From Planctomycetota bacterium (lineage in GTDB: Bacteria; Planctomycetota; PLA2; JAEUHO01): a stretch of 64,000 nt of DNA. The translations under genes were made by a program, and so were the position numbers. The notes beneath the pieces were generated by a model that saw only the letters and a program-made list of their open reading frames with translations, searched no databases and was not told the origin of the DNA. This document shows, one piece after another, positions 10,925-21,084 of this stretch (positions are counted from its first letter, which is position 1; each line of letters starts with the position of its first letter). Location: positions 128,001 through 192,000 of the forward strand of contig CBDCTJ010000003.1 of assembly GCA_965222115.1 (NCBI GenBank), in the 5' to 3' direction.

Positions 10925-10969
10925 CGGAATCGATCGAACATGCAACGGTCCAACGTCCTAAACGTCGTG

Positions 10970-13900
10970 CTACGGCGCCCCAGCAAACAGGAACGGCGCC
11001 CAGTAGTACGGATCGGGATGGGTCTTCATGAGCTCTTTGCGTGCCGCGTGAAGCGCCTCACAGGGAGACAGGGTATCGCCTTCAAACATACGTCGGTATA
11101 GCGAAGTCATGAGCTTGGCCGTGGATTTGTCGTCCACCGGCCACAAGCTCGCAATGCACGACCGAGCACCGGCGAAACAAAAGCCCCAAGGCAGCGCCAG
11201 CATGCCCTCGTTTTGATCGAGCTTGCCAGCGTGACTCTCGCACGCAGAAAGCACTACCAACTCAGTGCCTTCCAAGCGCGAACGCCAACGTTCAAGCAGA
11301 TCACCCAAACTCAAAAACCCGTCGTTGTCGGAGACAGGTACGCGCGGTGTAGTAAGTGCCAAGCGGGAGGCGCGCGCCCCTTGGTCCGGCTCAATGATGC
11401 CGTGAGTAGCGAGGTGCAGGATGCGCGGGGAATCCGACGCCTTGAATAGCGCCGCTTCGGTTGCCTGCTCGCGCAATAGTGTGCGGACTGACACCCTCTT
11501 TCCCGACGCCTCAAGCAACTTCTCTAGTGCGCGGACCTCGTCACCCGTTCCGGGAATGCGAGCCAGACTGCCGCCGCGAAGCACGCCCGGGGTCACCCGC
11601 GCAAGAACCTTGGGGCCCGCAATCGGAGGCGGCTCCTTGGCGAGAAAGACACCGATGCGTCCGGGCTCCAGGGTAGCGGTTCGAGTGGTGCCTTCGCGTT
11701 CGTAAGTGAGAGGAATCTCTTTGGTTTCTGGCTTAATGCCGCGAATCGCTTTGACCAAGTCTTCGTGAGTGGCCGTCCGCATGCGGCCATAGGCAGTAAT
11801 CACGTCTCCGGGTCGAAGCTTCAACTTGGCAGCCTGCGAGCCCGGTGAGATGTCGTTGACAACGATTCCTTCTTTGGGCCAACGCACTGCCCCATCGAAC
11901 ACCGGGTCTCCCACGGCCACAACCGACAAGTTCCCGGTAGCCTTCGGACGTGCCTTCAACGCGGAAAGTACCGCAGCCGATGCCGCATAGGCGATCGGTG
12001 GACCCTCCTGCGCCCAATAGCCCGGCTTATCGCCATCGTTTGAAACAACCAGTGCCTCAAACGGCAGCTGATGAAGTATGCCATGGGGAAGCACGTACAC
12101 GCGCGATGCGCTCTTTACATCATTCCAGACCGCTTCGGGGAGCAGCATCTTGAACAACGTCGTGCCAGGATGCTTCGCTGCGTCTGACCGTGTTGCACCC
12201 TTTGCCGCAAGGACTTTGCGATACGCGTGAACCGCGCTAGCGATCGCCATGGAAGTGATCGGCGCCTCTTCCGTGCCAAGGCGATGAGCGACAATGCCGT
12301 CTCTTGAAACCACGAACACAAACGAGTGTTCTCCCAGGCTATAGGCCAGCATGCGTTCCTTATCTTGGAGCAATGCACGCATCTGTTCAGCCTTCAGTGG
12401 CCGTCCCTCCGGCAAGGCCTGGCGGATCAAAGACAACCGTGTTCGCAGCGCCTTTTCGTAGGTGGCACGCGTATCGATTTCGACCTTCCTAAGCGCTTGT
12501 ATTTCCTTTCGACGTCCGGCTTGCTGCGCCCGTGCTACATCGGACGACGCGACAGTCACTGCCGAGAATGCGTCATCCACCTCTCGAGCGGCTTTCTCGA
12601 TGCGCGCCACCAATGAAGTGTCGCCTCGTTTAGAAGCTTGACGCTTCGCGACCTGGACAGGATCGTCCTGACCTCGCTGCAAGAGGTCCAGCATCTCCCG
12701 ACCCCGACTGCGCTCCAGCGTCTCAACCGCTTGCTCTGCATGCCCCAGCATCAAATGCGCTCGAATCATGAGCGGAAACGGATCCCACCGTCGCAGTGAG
12801 GCCAGATATCGCACGCGCCCCTCGCTTCCCAGTTCGGCTGCTTCGGATCGTCGCACTTCCAACTGCGCGGCTGCGGGGCCAAGGGCCTGTTGTGCCTGAG
12901 CAATGTTTCCCTCCTATAGGTATAGGTCGCTCAAAAACACGTGGGCGATGTAACAATTGGGCCAGTGGATTCGTTTGCCGATTCGTACCGCCTCCATGGC
13001 AGTTCTCTTGGCTTCGCTCCTTCGCCCCAAATCGGCAAACGAGACCGCTAGGTTGTGAAAGCTCACAGCCACATCCGTGTGCTCTCCTGAAAACAAGCGC
13101 TTTCTCATTTCTAGCGCCTCTTTGTAGTAGGAATGCGCTTCGTTTGCCTTGCCAAGGCCCTGAAGTACAGCGCCCAAGTTGTTTAGGCTCAAAGCCACAT
13201 CGGGATGGTCTCCTGATAACAGGCGCCTTCGCATCTTTAGCGCTCTCTCGCAGTAGGAAAATGCCTCGTTGGCTCTACCAAGACTATCGAGTACACAACC
13301 CAAGTTACTCAGGCTCACAGCCACGTCCGGGTGGTCCCCTGAAATTACGCGCATTTGCATCGCTAATCCCTGCTCGTAGTAGGGAAGCGCCTCGTTGGCT
13401 CTACCAAGACTGTCGAGTACATAACCCAGATTGTTCAGGTTCATGGCCACCTCGGGATGGTCCCCGGAATACACGCGCTTCCGCATCGCTAGCGCCTTCT
13501 CGTAGTAGGGAAGCGCCTCGTTGGCTTTGCCGAGATCTTGAAGTACACCGGCCATGTTGTTCAAGCTCGTGGCCATTTCGAGATGGTTACCTGAAGACAA
13601 GCGCCTTCGCATCTTTAGCGCTTTCTCGTAGTAGGAAAACGCCTCGTTGACTTTGCCAAGGCTGTTCAACACAGCGGCCAAGTTGTTTAGGCTCATGGCA
13701 ACATCGGGATGGTCCTTTGAGAACAAGCGCTTTCGCATTGCTAACGCTTCCTCGCAGAAGGGAAGCGCCTCATTGGCCTTGCCAAGGCTATTCAGTACAA
13801 GACCCAAGTTGTTCAAGCTCGTAGCCACACTCGGATGGTCCCCTGAATACAAGCGCTTACGCATCGCTAGTGCTTGCTCGTAGTAGGAAAGCGCCTCGTT

Positions 13901-14968
13901 TGTCTTGCCAAGGTCTTGAAGTACAGTGCCCAAGTTATTTAGGCATGTGGCCACACTCGAATGGTCCTCTGAATATAAGCGCTTAAACATCGCTAACGCT
14001 CTCTCGTAGTAGGAAAGCGCCTCGTTGGCTTTGCCGAGATCTTGAAGTACACCGGCCATGTTGTTCAAGCTCGTGGCCACGCCGGAGTGATTTCCCGAAA
14101 ACAGACGCATTCGCATCTTTAGTGCTTTCTCGTAGCAGGAAAGTGCCTCATCGGGCTTGCTAAGCCTTAGAAGCGCGCCAGCCAAGTTGTTCAAACTCAA
14201 AGCCACCTTCGGGTGATCCCCTGAATACAAGCGCCTTCTCATTTCTAGCGCCTCTTTGTAGTAGGAACGCGCCTCGTTTGCCTTGCCAAGGCTTAGAAGT
14301 ACATAGCCCAAGTTGTTTAGGCTCAAAGCCACATCCGGATGGTCTCCTGAAAACAAGCGCTTATACATCTCGTGCGCTCTTTTGTAATAGGAAAGCGCAT
14401 CGTCGGCCCTTCCAAGGCCGTCCAAAACAGATGCCAAGTTGTTTAGGCTCGTAGCCACAGCGGGGTGGTCCCTTGAGAACAAGCGCATTCTCATCTCTAG
14501 TGCTTGCTCGTGGTAGGGAAGCGCCTCGCCAGCTTTGCCAAGACTCTCGTAGGCGACGGCCAAGTTGTTTAGGCTCATTGCCACAGCCGGATGCTCTCCT
14601 GGAAATAAGCGCCCATGCATCTCGAGCGCTTCTTTGTAGTAAGGAAGCGCCTCACTGGCTTTGTCACTATCTTTAAGTGCACCGGCCAATTTATCTAGGC
14701 AGATTGCAAGCTCTTTATGGTCCTTCTTACGTGCGCGAAGCAACTGAATCGCCGCCTTGTAGTCCCTGATCGCCTCTTCGTGTCGGCGGGCCTCTCTATG
14801 CGCATCCCCTTGCTCGCGAAGTTTCCGAGCCTTTACAACCTCCGAGTCCTCGGCACCATCGGCCTCCGCTTTCGGCTCCTCGGTTTTCGGTGCGTCCTCG
14901 GCCGCGATCGACCCACTTCCCAACACCAATAGTGCAACCAACAACGCGCGTGAAAAAGCCAACTTCAT
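10970..14968 (-). pseudogene. Signal-peptide TPR-CHAT (caspase-like) protein with a PDZ insert, interrupted by one in-frame TAG at 12914-12916
   Basis: ORFs 12914..15058 (about 14 x 42-aa SLNNL TPRs) and 10970..12862 (CHAT: LPFEAL, HLATHG, LSACES, ASLWPVDD, PYYWAPF) are in frame: ...DLYL*EGNIAQAQQ... Signal MKLAFSRALLVALLVLG at 14968. Confidence 0.8.
13000..14710 (-). repeat. 126-bp tandem repeat array encoding 42-aa TPR units
   Basis: Recurring AxSLNNL...ALxxxxRLxSGDHP; a 65-bp block is identical at 13511-13575 and 14015-14079 (offset 504 = 4 x 126). Confidence 0.9.
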
Positions 14969-15198
14969 GGAGCCACCTCCCGCCGCAGTGTCTGCGCGGC
15001 AGCCATTGGCGTCAAGAAAACTGGGAAACGGCGCGAGGACGAGTAACTCACACTTCATGCTTAGCTCGAGACTCGCTCTCCCTCCCCAAACTTGAATCGT
15101 TGATTGGCTGCTCGATACGCTCTGTAGTGAGAGATGGAACTATTCGCTGCGAGGCTGAGTTCCGCGAATCTGAGGCGGCAGCCAACGGCATGTGTTCT

Positions 15199-15233
15199 CT
15201 CTGCGACTCTGCCACGCTGCGTCTCTGCGTGAG
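15199..15233. repeat. Short CTCTGCG-type iterated element (CTCTGCGACTCTGCCACGCTGCGTCTCTGCGTGAG), REP-like remnant
   Basis: Iterated (CT)CTGC(G) units in the intergenic region upstream of TPR-CHAT. Confidence 0.4.
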
Positions 15234-15284
15234 ATAACCCACTCCCGGCGAACAGGCTCGCGATTCGAGTGCAAAGATCACGTC

Positions 15285-18008
15285 CTACCGATTCCTCGGC
15301 CGCACGGTGAACTTCAAGTTGCGCTGCGACAGGTCAATGCCGGAACGGCGCTCCATCAGTGTGGTGCCGTCTTTCTGGGACTTGTACACCGAAATCTCCA
15401 ATCGCTCCTTCGCATCGGCGGGTACGTAAAGTCGAAATTCACCCAGTGCGTTGGTCGTTTCCTTCAAGTTGAATCCGGCAAACTGTCCGTATACCTGTAC
15501 GTTGGCGCCCTCTACCGCTCGCCCTTGCGAATCAACAACGACACCCGACATGATTTTGGGCGGCGTAAGAGCAACGGTCAGCGTGTCGTCCGATGGACGT
15601 ACGTTCTTGACGGCCACGCGACCGAGGCGGCTACGATCGCTCTTAGGGGGATGTACGATGACAAGCAGCGGCATGGCGGTTAAGTCTGAAATCGTGGCCA
15701 TGCCCCGCTTATCCGTCTTTGGATGTTCGGCATCCAATGTTGGCGTGGGACGCACGTCAATGGTTGCGCGTTCTACAGGCGCGCCCGCTGTGTCCTCAAC
15801 GCGAATAGTAAGTGTGAGGTCCTTGGGGACGCGCTTCGCGCGCAGCGTAATGAGCGGTCCGTCACCCTTGACATCGAGTGCCTGTGCAAACCAAGGTACT
15901 TGTAGGTTCTTGTGTCCCTTCTTTGATCGTCGAAAGACGTTTCCTTGAAATTGAACGTCGACCGCAACTCCGAGTGGCACCAACAACCGGAATGCACCCT
16001 TCCCATCGGTCGTGGCGGAGTCCACCTGGTGGCCGGCGCGTTTGGCACTCACGAAAGCGCGCTCGAGCGGCGTGTCGTCGGCGAGTAACACGCCGTGAAC
16101 CACCGCTGCGCGCTTCAAGACAATCGTGTGTGTCTTCTCTCTCACGGCAAGGCGCACGGCGTCGGGGGTCAAATAGACCTCCTTTGAGTCGACCATCCCA
16201 CCCTCGTAGGCAACGAGCGCCCGCGTAACGCGCAGTGGCAACACAAACGAAATGCACCCATCGGCGTCTGTGTCGTTGTAGGTTTCTTCGCCCCCTTCGG
16301 GCTCGATTCGGAAGAACGCCTCTTTGATTGGCTCACCGTCTTCGTTCACAACAAGGAGACTCAGCTTGTGAGTGGGTTGAAACTGAAGCCGGATCGACGG
16401 ATGCGTGTTACCAGCGCGCAAAGTTAGGGATTGAGTCACGACGTCACCGCGCGTTCCGGCCTGAACGACATAACTACCGGGCGCTAGATCGGGAAAGGCG
16501 AACCGACCGTCTGCACCCGTACGCGTCTCTTCTTGGCGCCCGTAATCCAAGTCGACGGATTCACCGCCATCACGTCGCAATCGTCCCGCGTCGTCATTTG
16601 CGCCCTGGATAGAAACGTAGAGTCCGGTTCGCGGCGCGCCATCGGCATCCACGACAGCTCCGGTAAGCGCAACGCCGCTTGGGACTACAATTTCACCAAG
16701 ATCCACTTCGTTCGCTGACGCTACAGGAGCATCGAAATCCGTGAGATACCTGCCGTAGCCCGGTGACTGAATGACAACGCTGTGGACAATGGATGGCGTA
16801 AGACCGTCAAACGAAAACAATCCGTCGCCCGATGCGACGCCATGGGCGGTGGAGATGCTCTGACGCGAATCCACGAACTTGGAACCGACAACACTCACTC
16901 GGGCGCCCGATAGCGGATTTCCCGATTCATTGACTGCTCGGCCACGTACGGAGAATCCTCGCACAAGTGCAAAGTCGACCGTCTTCTTGTTGGCCACATC
17001 GTACGATGCACGCGCGTAGCCGGGGGCTAGCACATGAATGTCGTGATATCCATTACCCGTCCAGCCGCCGAGCGCATACCGTCCCTCTTCATCGGCACGA
17101 GTCTCCTTGTGAAACACCCAGCCCATGCCAACGCGCGCACCGGCGATGGCTCGTCCGGTCACCGCGTCGGTCACAGTGCCCGTTACGAGGCGCCCCTTAG
17201 GAATCGTCAGTGTCATCGTGCGAGAGCCTGATTCGGGAAGCCGGTGAGTCTCGTAGTCGTCCATCCAACCACCCAGATGATTATCGTTGGCACTGATACG
17301 AAATGACCAACCGGGCGGAAGATTTGCAAACGTATGCTTGCCATCTGCATCCGTCGTCGCCTTGATGTCATGACCGTAGTCGCCGCTGCTGTCAAACAGA
17401 CTGAGCTCGAGTGAGACAGACGGAAGCACATCGCCGTTTTCGCCTTGCGTTGTCACGTGCAACGCGACACCACGATGCAGAACGAGTTTCACATACGAGG
17501 CTTGCGTCAGGTTCTTTCGAGTGAGCGATGCATAGCCTTCCAGTCGGACGTTCACATGAATGGATTCGCCCTGCCGCACGGGGAGCGCAAACGTTCCATC
17601 CGTAGCGCTGTAGGTGCTCGCACCATACGCAGGTTCGTCATATCGGTCTGCCGCCAAGATCGAACCACGCCGCCACGGAAAGCGAACGATACGCAGCTCT
17701 GCGCCCGCCAGAGGCAAACCCTCGCTATCTAAGACAACACCGTGAACGTCACCCCTTCGCTTGGCGGCCTTCAAGTCAACCGGAGGATGAGAGGCATCCC
17801 CGTTGAACGCATCGATCGATGGATTGCGAACGTCTTTGCTGCCAAGATCGACTGAATCTCGCTTCGAACCGAGCATCGGAGCCTTGGATGATGACGGCTC
17901 GTCGGTGCCGGAACCTTGAATTTCGTCACGCTCCGGCTCGCGCAGCGTCCAAACGCATGCCGCGAGGAGAATCAGCGCGCCAATCAAGATCATTCCGCGC
18001 ATGGTCAA
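15285..18008 (-). CDS. Membrane-anchored protein with multiple carboxypeptidase-regulatory-like (transthyretin-fold) beta domains
   Basis: N-terminal TM; repeated G.V.D..G.P..GA.V and TDADG.F motifs. Confidence 0.85.
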   Translation of the reverse strand: MTMRGMILIGALILLAACVWTLREPERDEIQGSGTDEPSSSKAPMLGSKRDSVDLGSKDVRNPSIDAFNGDASHPPVDLKAAKRRGDVHGVVLDSEGLPLAGAELRIVRFPWRRGSILAADRYDEPAYGASTYSATDGTFALPVRQGESIHVNVRLEGYASLTRKNLTQASYVKLVLHRGVALHVTTQGENGDVLPSVSLELSLFDSSGDYGHDIKATTDADGKHTFANLPPGWSFRISANDNHLGGWMDDYETHRLPESGSRTMTLTIPKGRLVTGTVTDAVTGRAIAGARVGMGWVFHKETRADEEGRYALGGWTGNGYHDIHVLAPGYARASYDVANKKTVDFALVRGFSVRGRAVNESGNPLSGARVSVVGSKFVDSRQSISTAHGVASGDGLFSFDGLTPSIVHSVVIQSPGYGRYLTDFDAPVASANEVDLGEIVVPSGVALTGAVVDADGAPRTGLYVSIQGANDDAGRLRRDGGESVDLDYGRQEETRTGADGRFAFPDLAPGSYVVQAGTRGDVVTQSLTLRAGNTHPSIRLQFQPTHKLSLLVVNEDGEPIKEAFFRIEPEGGEETYNDTDADGCISFVLPLRVTRALVAYEGGMVDSKEVYLTPDAVRLAVREKTHTIVLKRAAVVHGVLLADDTPLERAFVSAKRAGHQVDSATTDGKGAFRLLVPLGVAVDVQFQGNVFRRSKKGHKNLQVPWFAQALDVKGDGPLITLRAKRVPKDLTLTIRVEDTAGAPVERATIDVRPTPTLDAEHPKTDKRGMATISDLTAMPLLVIVHPPKSDRSRLGRVAVKNVRPSDDTLTVALTPPKIMSGVVVDSQGRAVEGANVQVYGQFAGFNLKETTNALGEFRLYVPADAKERLEISVYKSQKDGTTLMERRSGIDLSQRNLKFTVRPRNR

Positions 18009-18054
18009 CAGCTCCTCGTCAATCTACATCTAAGACGAGTGTGTCACCGGTCCG

Positions 18055-19023
18055 TTACTCGCGCGCCAACACTTCTATGATCATCCACCCGCGTTTGAAA
18101 TCGAGCAGCTCAGGATGCACGTGACCCACGGGCGTTCGTTCGTCGAGGATCCACTTCAACAAATCGCTTCCGATGTCTCGTGTGCCCCAGTGAATCCACT
18201 CCGTGCGTTCGCGGGTCTTGGGATGGCGAACCTCTAGAACGCCGCCTCGTGCGCGCGTGGCGGCGTCGAAGCAGTACTGCCGCGCCATTTCGTCAAATTC
18301 TGCTTCTTCTTTGAGGATTTTGTTGAGTACGCCCTGTGCCGTACTTCGAGCCACATCACGCGTGATATGACGCTTCTTCTCCTGCGCAGGCCAGCTTCCT
18401 CGATAGGCGAACGTAATCACGCGCACTTTGGCCCGCCGCCGTGCTTCGCGCCTTTGAAGGGCGAGCAATTCAAATCCGCGCTTGCGGTCGATGCGTTTCG
18501 CGAAGCCGAATCCACCGTTCCACTCGATCACGGGCGTCATACCCCAAACCGGCGTGGCTATGTAGACACGATCGCGACGCGTGATTGACTTGGGATCGAG
18601 CGGCGCAAATGTAAATCCCAATGCGCGCGCCCCCACGCCGTTGCTTGCCTCGCGCGCAACACTGCCGATATCCTCGCCGCGATAGACGCGCTTGCAGAGA
18701 TTGCGAACTCGTGCCAGTGCTTCATTGCGTGAACGGGGATAGCGGTTGGGAAGATGTTTGACGTCGTCCTCGAGATAGCTCACCCACACTTCTTGTGCGA
18801 AAAATGGATCACGAACGGGGCCGTTGACGTTGGGTGGCTCGATGTCACTTACAGCACACGTCTTGTTCAAGGCAGCGTCATCGGGCGTGGCACCTGTCGG
18901 TTGTCTCGACGCAGAAGACGAGCCGTTGGACGTCGAATCGCTTGAACGTGAAATCGCCCACGCGGTCGCACCGGCAGCCACCAGCAAAACGACCGCAAGA
19001 CTGATCCACTGTTGACGCGTCAT
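18055..19023 (-). CDS. Membrane-anchored divergent parvulin/PpiC-like peptidyl-prolyl isomerase
   Basis: N-terminal TM; RSRNEALARV...GEDIGSVAREAS and EFDEMARQY...ATRARGG.L...RGWMII match parvulin patterns twice. Confidence 0.55.
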   Translation of the reverse strand: MTRQQWISLAVVLLVAAGATAWAISRSSDSTSNGSSSASRQPTGATPDDAALNKTCAVSDIEPPNVNGPVRDPFFAQEVWVSYLEDDVKHLPNRYPRSRNEALARVRNLCKRVYRGEDIGSVAREASNGVGARALGFTFAPLDPKSITRRDRVYIATPVWGMTPVIEWNGGFGFAKRIDRKRGFELLALQRREARRRAKVRVITFAYRGSWPAQEKKRHITRDVARSTAQGVLNKILKEEAEFDEMARQYCFDAATRARGGVLEVRHPKTRERTEWIHWGTRDIGSDLLKWILDERTPVGHVHPELLDFKRGWMIIEVLARE

Positions 19024-19035
19024 GGATGAATCAGT

Positions 19036-20976
19036 CTAGTCCGCCTTGGAGGATGTGTGCGTGGCCATGAATGCGGCGAGTGTGCGTGCAAACTCGGTAG
19101 GTTTGGGAAGCGGGGCTCCTTCGGCTAGGAGCGCTTGGCCATATACTAGTTCGGCATAGTCTTCAAACGACACGGCGTCGCGTTCGGTGGGGCTAGCTTC
19201 AGCAAGCGCAACGAGGCGTTCTACCACCGCGTGGTCCTTGTTCAGTTCCAAGGCGCGCGGTGGCTCGGGCATATCCTCGTTCATCTGACGCATCATGCGC
19301 AGCATGGCGGGACTCATGGCACCTTCGGGCGCAACCAACACAGCAGGGCTATCCGTGAGCCGCTTTGAAAAACGCACGTTGGAGACGCGTTCGCCAAAAT
19401 GTTCTTTGATGGCCTCGAGTGCATCTTTGTGTTCGCTCTCGGTCTCCGCCTCTTCCTTCTTCGCGTCGTCGTCTTTGTCTTCAAAGTCGAGATCGCCTTG
19501 GCTCGCAGGCTGAAGTTCCTTGTCGGCGAACTTGGTAAGGCGAGACACCATCCACTCGTCGATGGGATCTGAGAGTAACAATACGTCATAGCCCTTGGCG
19601 CGAAACGCTTCCAAGTGTGGGCTCGCGGCAAGCGTCTCCTTTTGCCCGCCCGTTACGTAGTAGATCTTGTCCTGATCTTCGGGCATGGCGTCTACGTATT
19701 GCCGCAAGGTGAGACGACCGGGCGCATCGGCAGTGTCAAACACGCACAGGTTCGAGATACGCTCATCATCGTCGGCGCCGTAGTAGATCCCCTCTTTCAA
19801 CATGGCGCCCATGCTCTGGAAAAATGTCTCGTAGGCTTCGCGATCCTCGTCCAAGAACTTCGCCAGCTCTTTGAGCACCTGCGACACGAGGTGTTTACGA
19901 ATGCGCTGCGTCACAGGATTGGCTTGAAGTGTCTGACGAGACACATTGAGCGGCAAGTCACTTGACTCTACCACGCCGCGCACAAAGCGCAGCCACCCCG
20001 GCAACAGGTCCTCACATTCGTCCATGATGAGCACCCGGCGCACGTACAACGACACGCGCGACTTGCTTTGGTTGGGATCCAGAAACATGGGATTCAACGA
20101 TTCGGGGACGAACAACAGGGCCTGAAATTCGACCGGCACCTCGGCGCGAATGTGAATCACACGCGCCGGCGCCTGCCAGTCGCGCGACATATGCTTGTAG
20201 AGCGAGGCGTATTCCTCGTCCTTCACCTCCGATGGCGAACGCGCCCACAGAGGCTTCTGCGAGTTGAGGGTCTTGTCGACCATCACTTGCTTCCGATCGT
20301 CGCCCTCGCCTTCCCACTCCTCCATCTTCATGCGAATAGGATGTTCCACGAAGTCGGAGTGACGTCGAACGGTTGCTTGAATCACATAGGGGTCGGCAAA
20401 ATCTTGCCACGTTTCGTCGTCGTCGCCCTTGGCTGCAAGGTGCAGTGTCACGCGCGTTCCACGTTCCTTGCGATCGATGTCTTCGAGCGTGTACTCCCCT
20501 TTGCCGGTCGAGGTCCAACGAACACCTTGCTTCTCGCCCGCACGTAGACTCTCGACGACGACCTTGTCGGCCACCATGAAACTCGAATAGAAGCCCACAC
20601 CAAACTGACCAATCAGGGCTGCCGCGTCGCTTTGCTTGTCCTTCTTGAGTTGGTCGATAAACGCCTTGGTACCTGACTTCGCGATCGTGCCGAGGTGCGA
20701 CGCCACTTCATCACGACTCATGCCAATGCCGTTGTCGATCACCGAAAGCGTCTGCGCTTCAGGATCGGCTTCGATGCGAATTGACAGCTCTTCGCCTTCG
20801 GCAAGAAGCGACGTGTCCTTCAATGCCGCCATGCGGAGTTTGTCCAGTGCATCGCTCGCATTGGACAGAAGCTCACGGAGGAAAATTTCTCGCTCGGTGT
20901 AGAGCGAGTGAATCATGAGCCCGAGAAGTTCTTGGGTCTCAGCCTCAAATGCGCGTGTCTCAACGGCCGTCGTCAT
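19036..20976 (-). CDS. htpG: Hsp90 chaperone HtpG
   Basis: FLRELLSNASDALDK, DNGIGM, LGTIAKSGT, IGQFGVGFYS, DLPLNVSR. Confidence 0.97.
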   Translation of the reverse strand: MTTAVETRAFEAETQELLGLMIHSLYTEREIFLRELLSNASDALDKLRMAALKDTSLLAEGEELSIRIEADPEAQTLSVIDNGIGMSRDEVASHLGTIAKSGTKAFIDQLKKDKQSDAAALIGQFGVGFYSSFMVADKVVVESLRAGEKQGVRWTSTGKGEYTLEDIDRKERGTRVTLHLAAKGDDDETWQDFADPYVIQATVRRHSDFVEHPIRMKMEEWEGEGDDRKQVMVDKTLNSQKPLWARSPSEVKDEEYASLYKHMSRDWQAPARVIHIRAEVPVEFQALLFVPESLNPMFLDPNQSKSRVSLYVRRVLIMDECEDLLPGWLRFVRGVVESSDLPLNVSRQTLQANPVTQRIRKHLVSQVLKELAKFLDEDREAYETFFQSMGAMLKEGIYYGADDDERISNLCVFDTADAPGRLTLRQYVDAMPEDQDKIYYVTGGQKETLAASPHLEAFRAKGYDVLLLSDPIDEWMVSRLTKFADKELQPASQGDLDFEDKDDDAKKEEAETESEHKDALEAIKEHFGERVSNVRFSKRLTDSPAVLVAPEGAMSPAMLRMMRQMNEDMPEPPRALELNKDHAVVERLVALAEASPTERDAVSFEDYAELVYGQALLAEGAPLPKPTEFARTLAAFMATHTSSKAD

Positions 20977-21084
20977 GGTCAAACTCCCGCATCGCCCGGA
21001 CAGCTAGCCCGGCGCGATCTCAATTTCGCCATCGATAGCCGCGACAGTTTATCGAGCCTTGGGCCTGTCGGAAGTCGGCGATGG

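Noticed and set aside
12914-12916. Genome-wide stop-codon reassignment
   Set aside because: TAG and TGA terminate conserved genes here at their expected ends (TAG for htpG and sdhA, TGA for the MacB-type ATPase).
13000-14710. 126-bp repeats as CRISPR or a DGR template/variable pair
   Set aside because: These are coding TPR units, no reverse transcriptase is present, and I saw no adenine-specific mismatch pattern.
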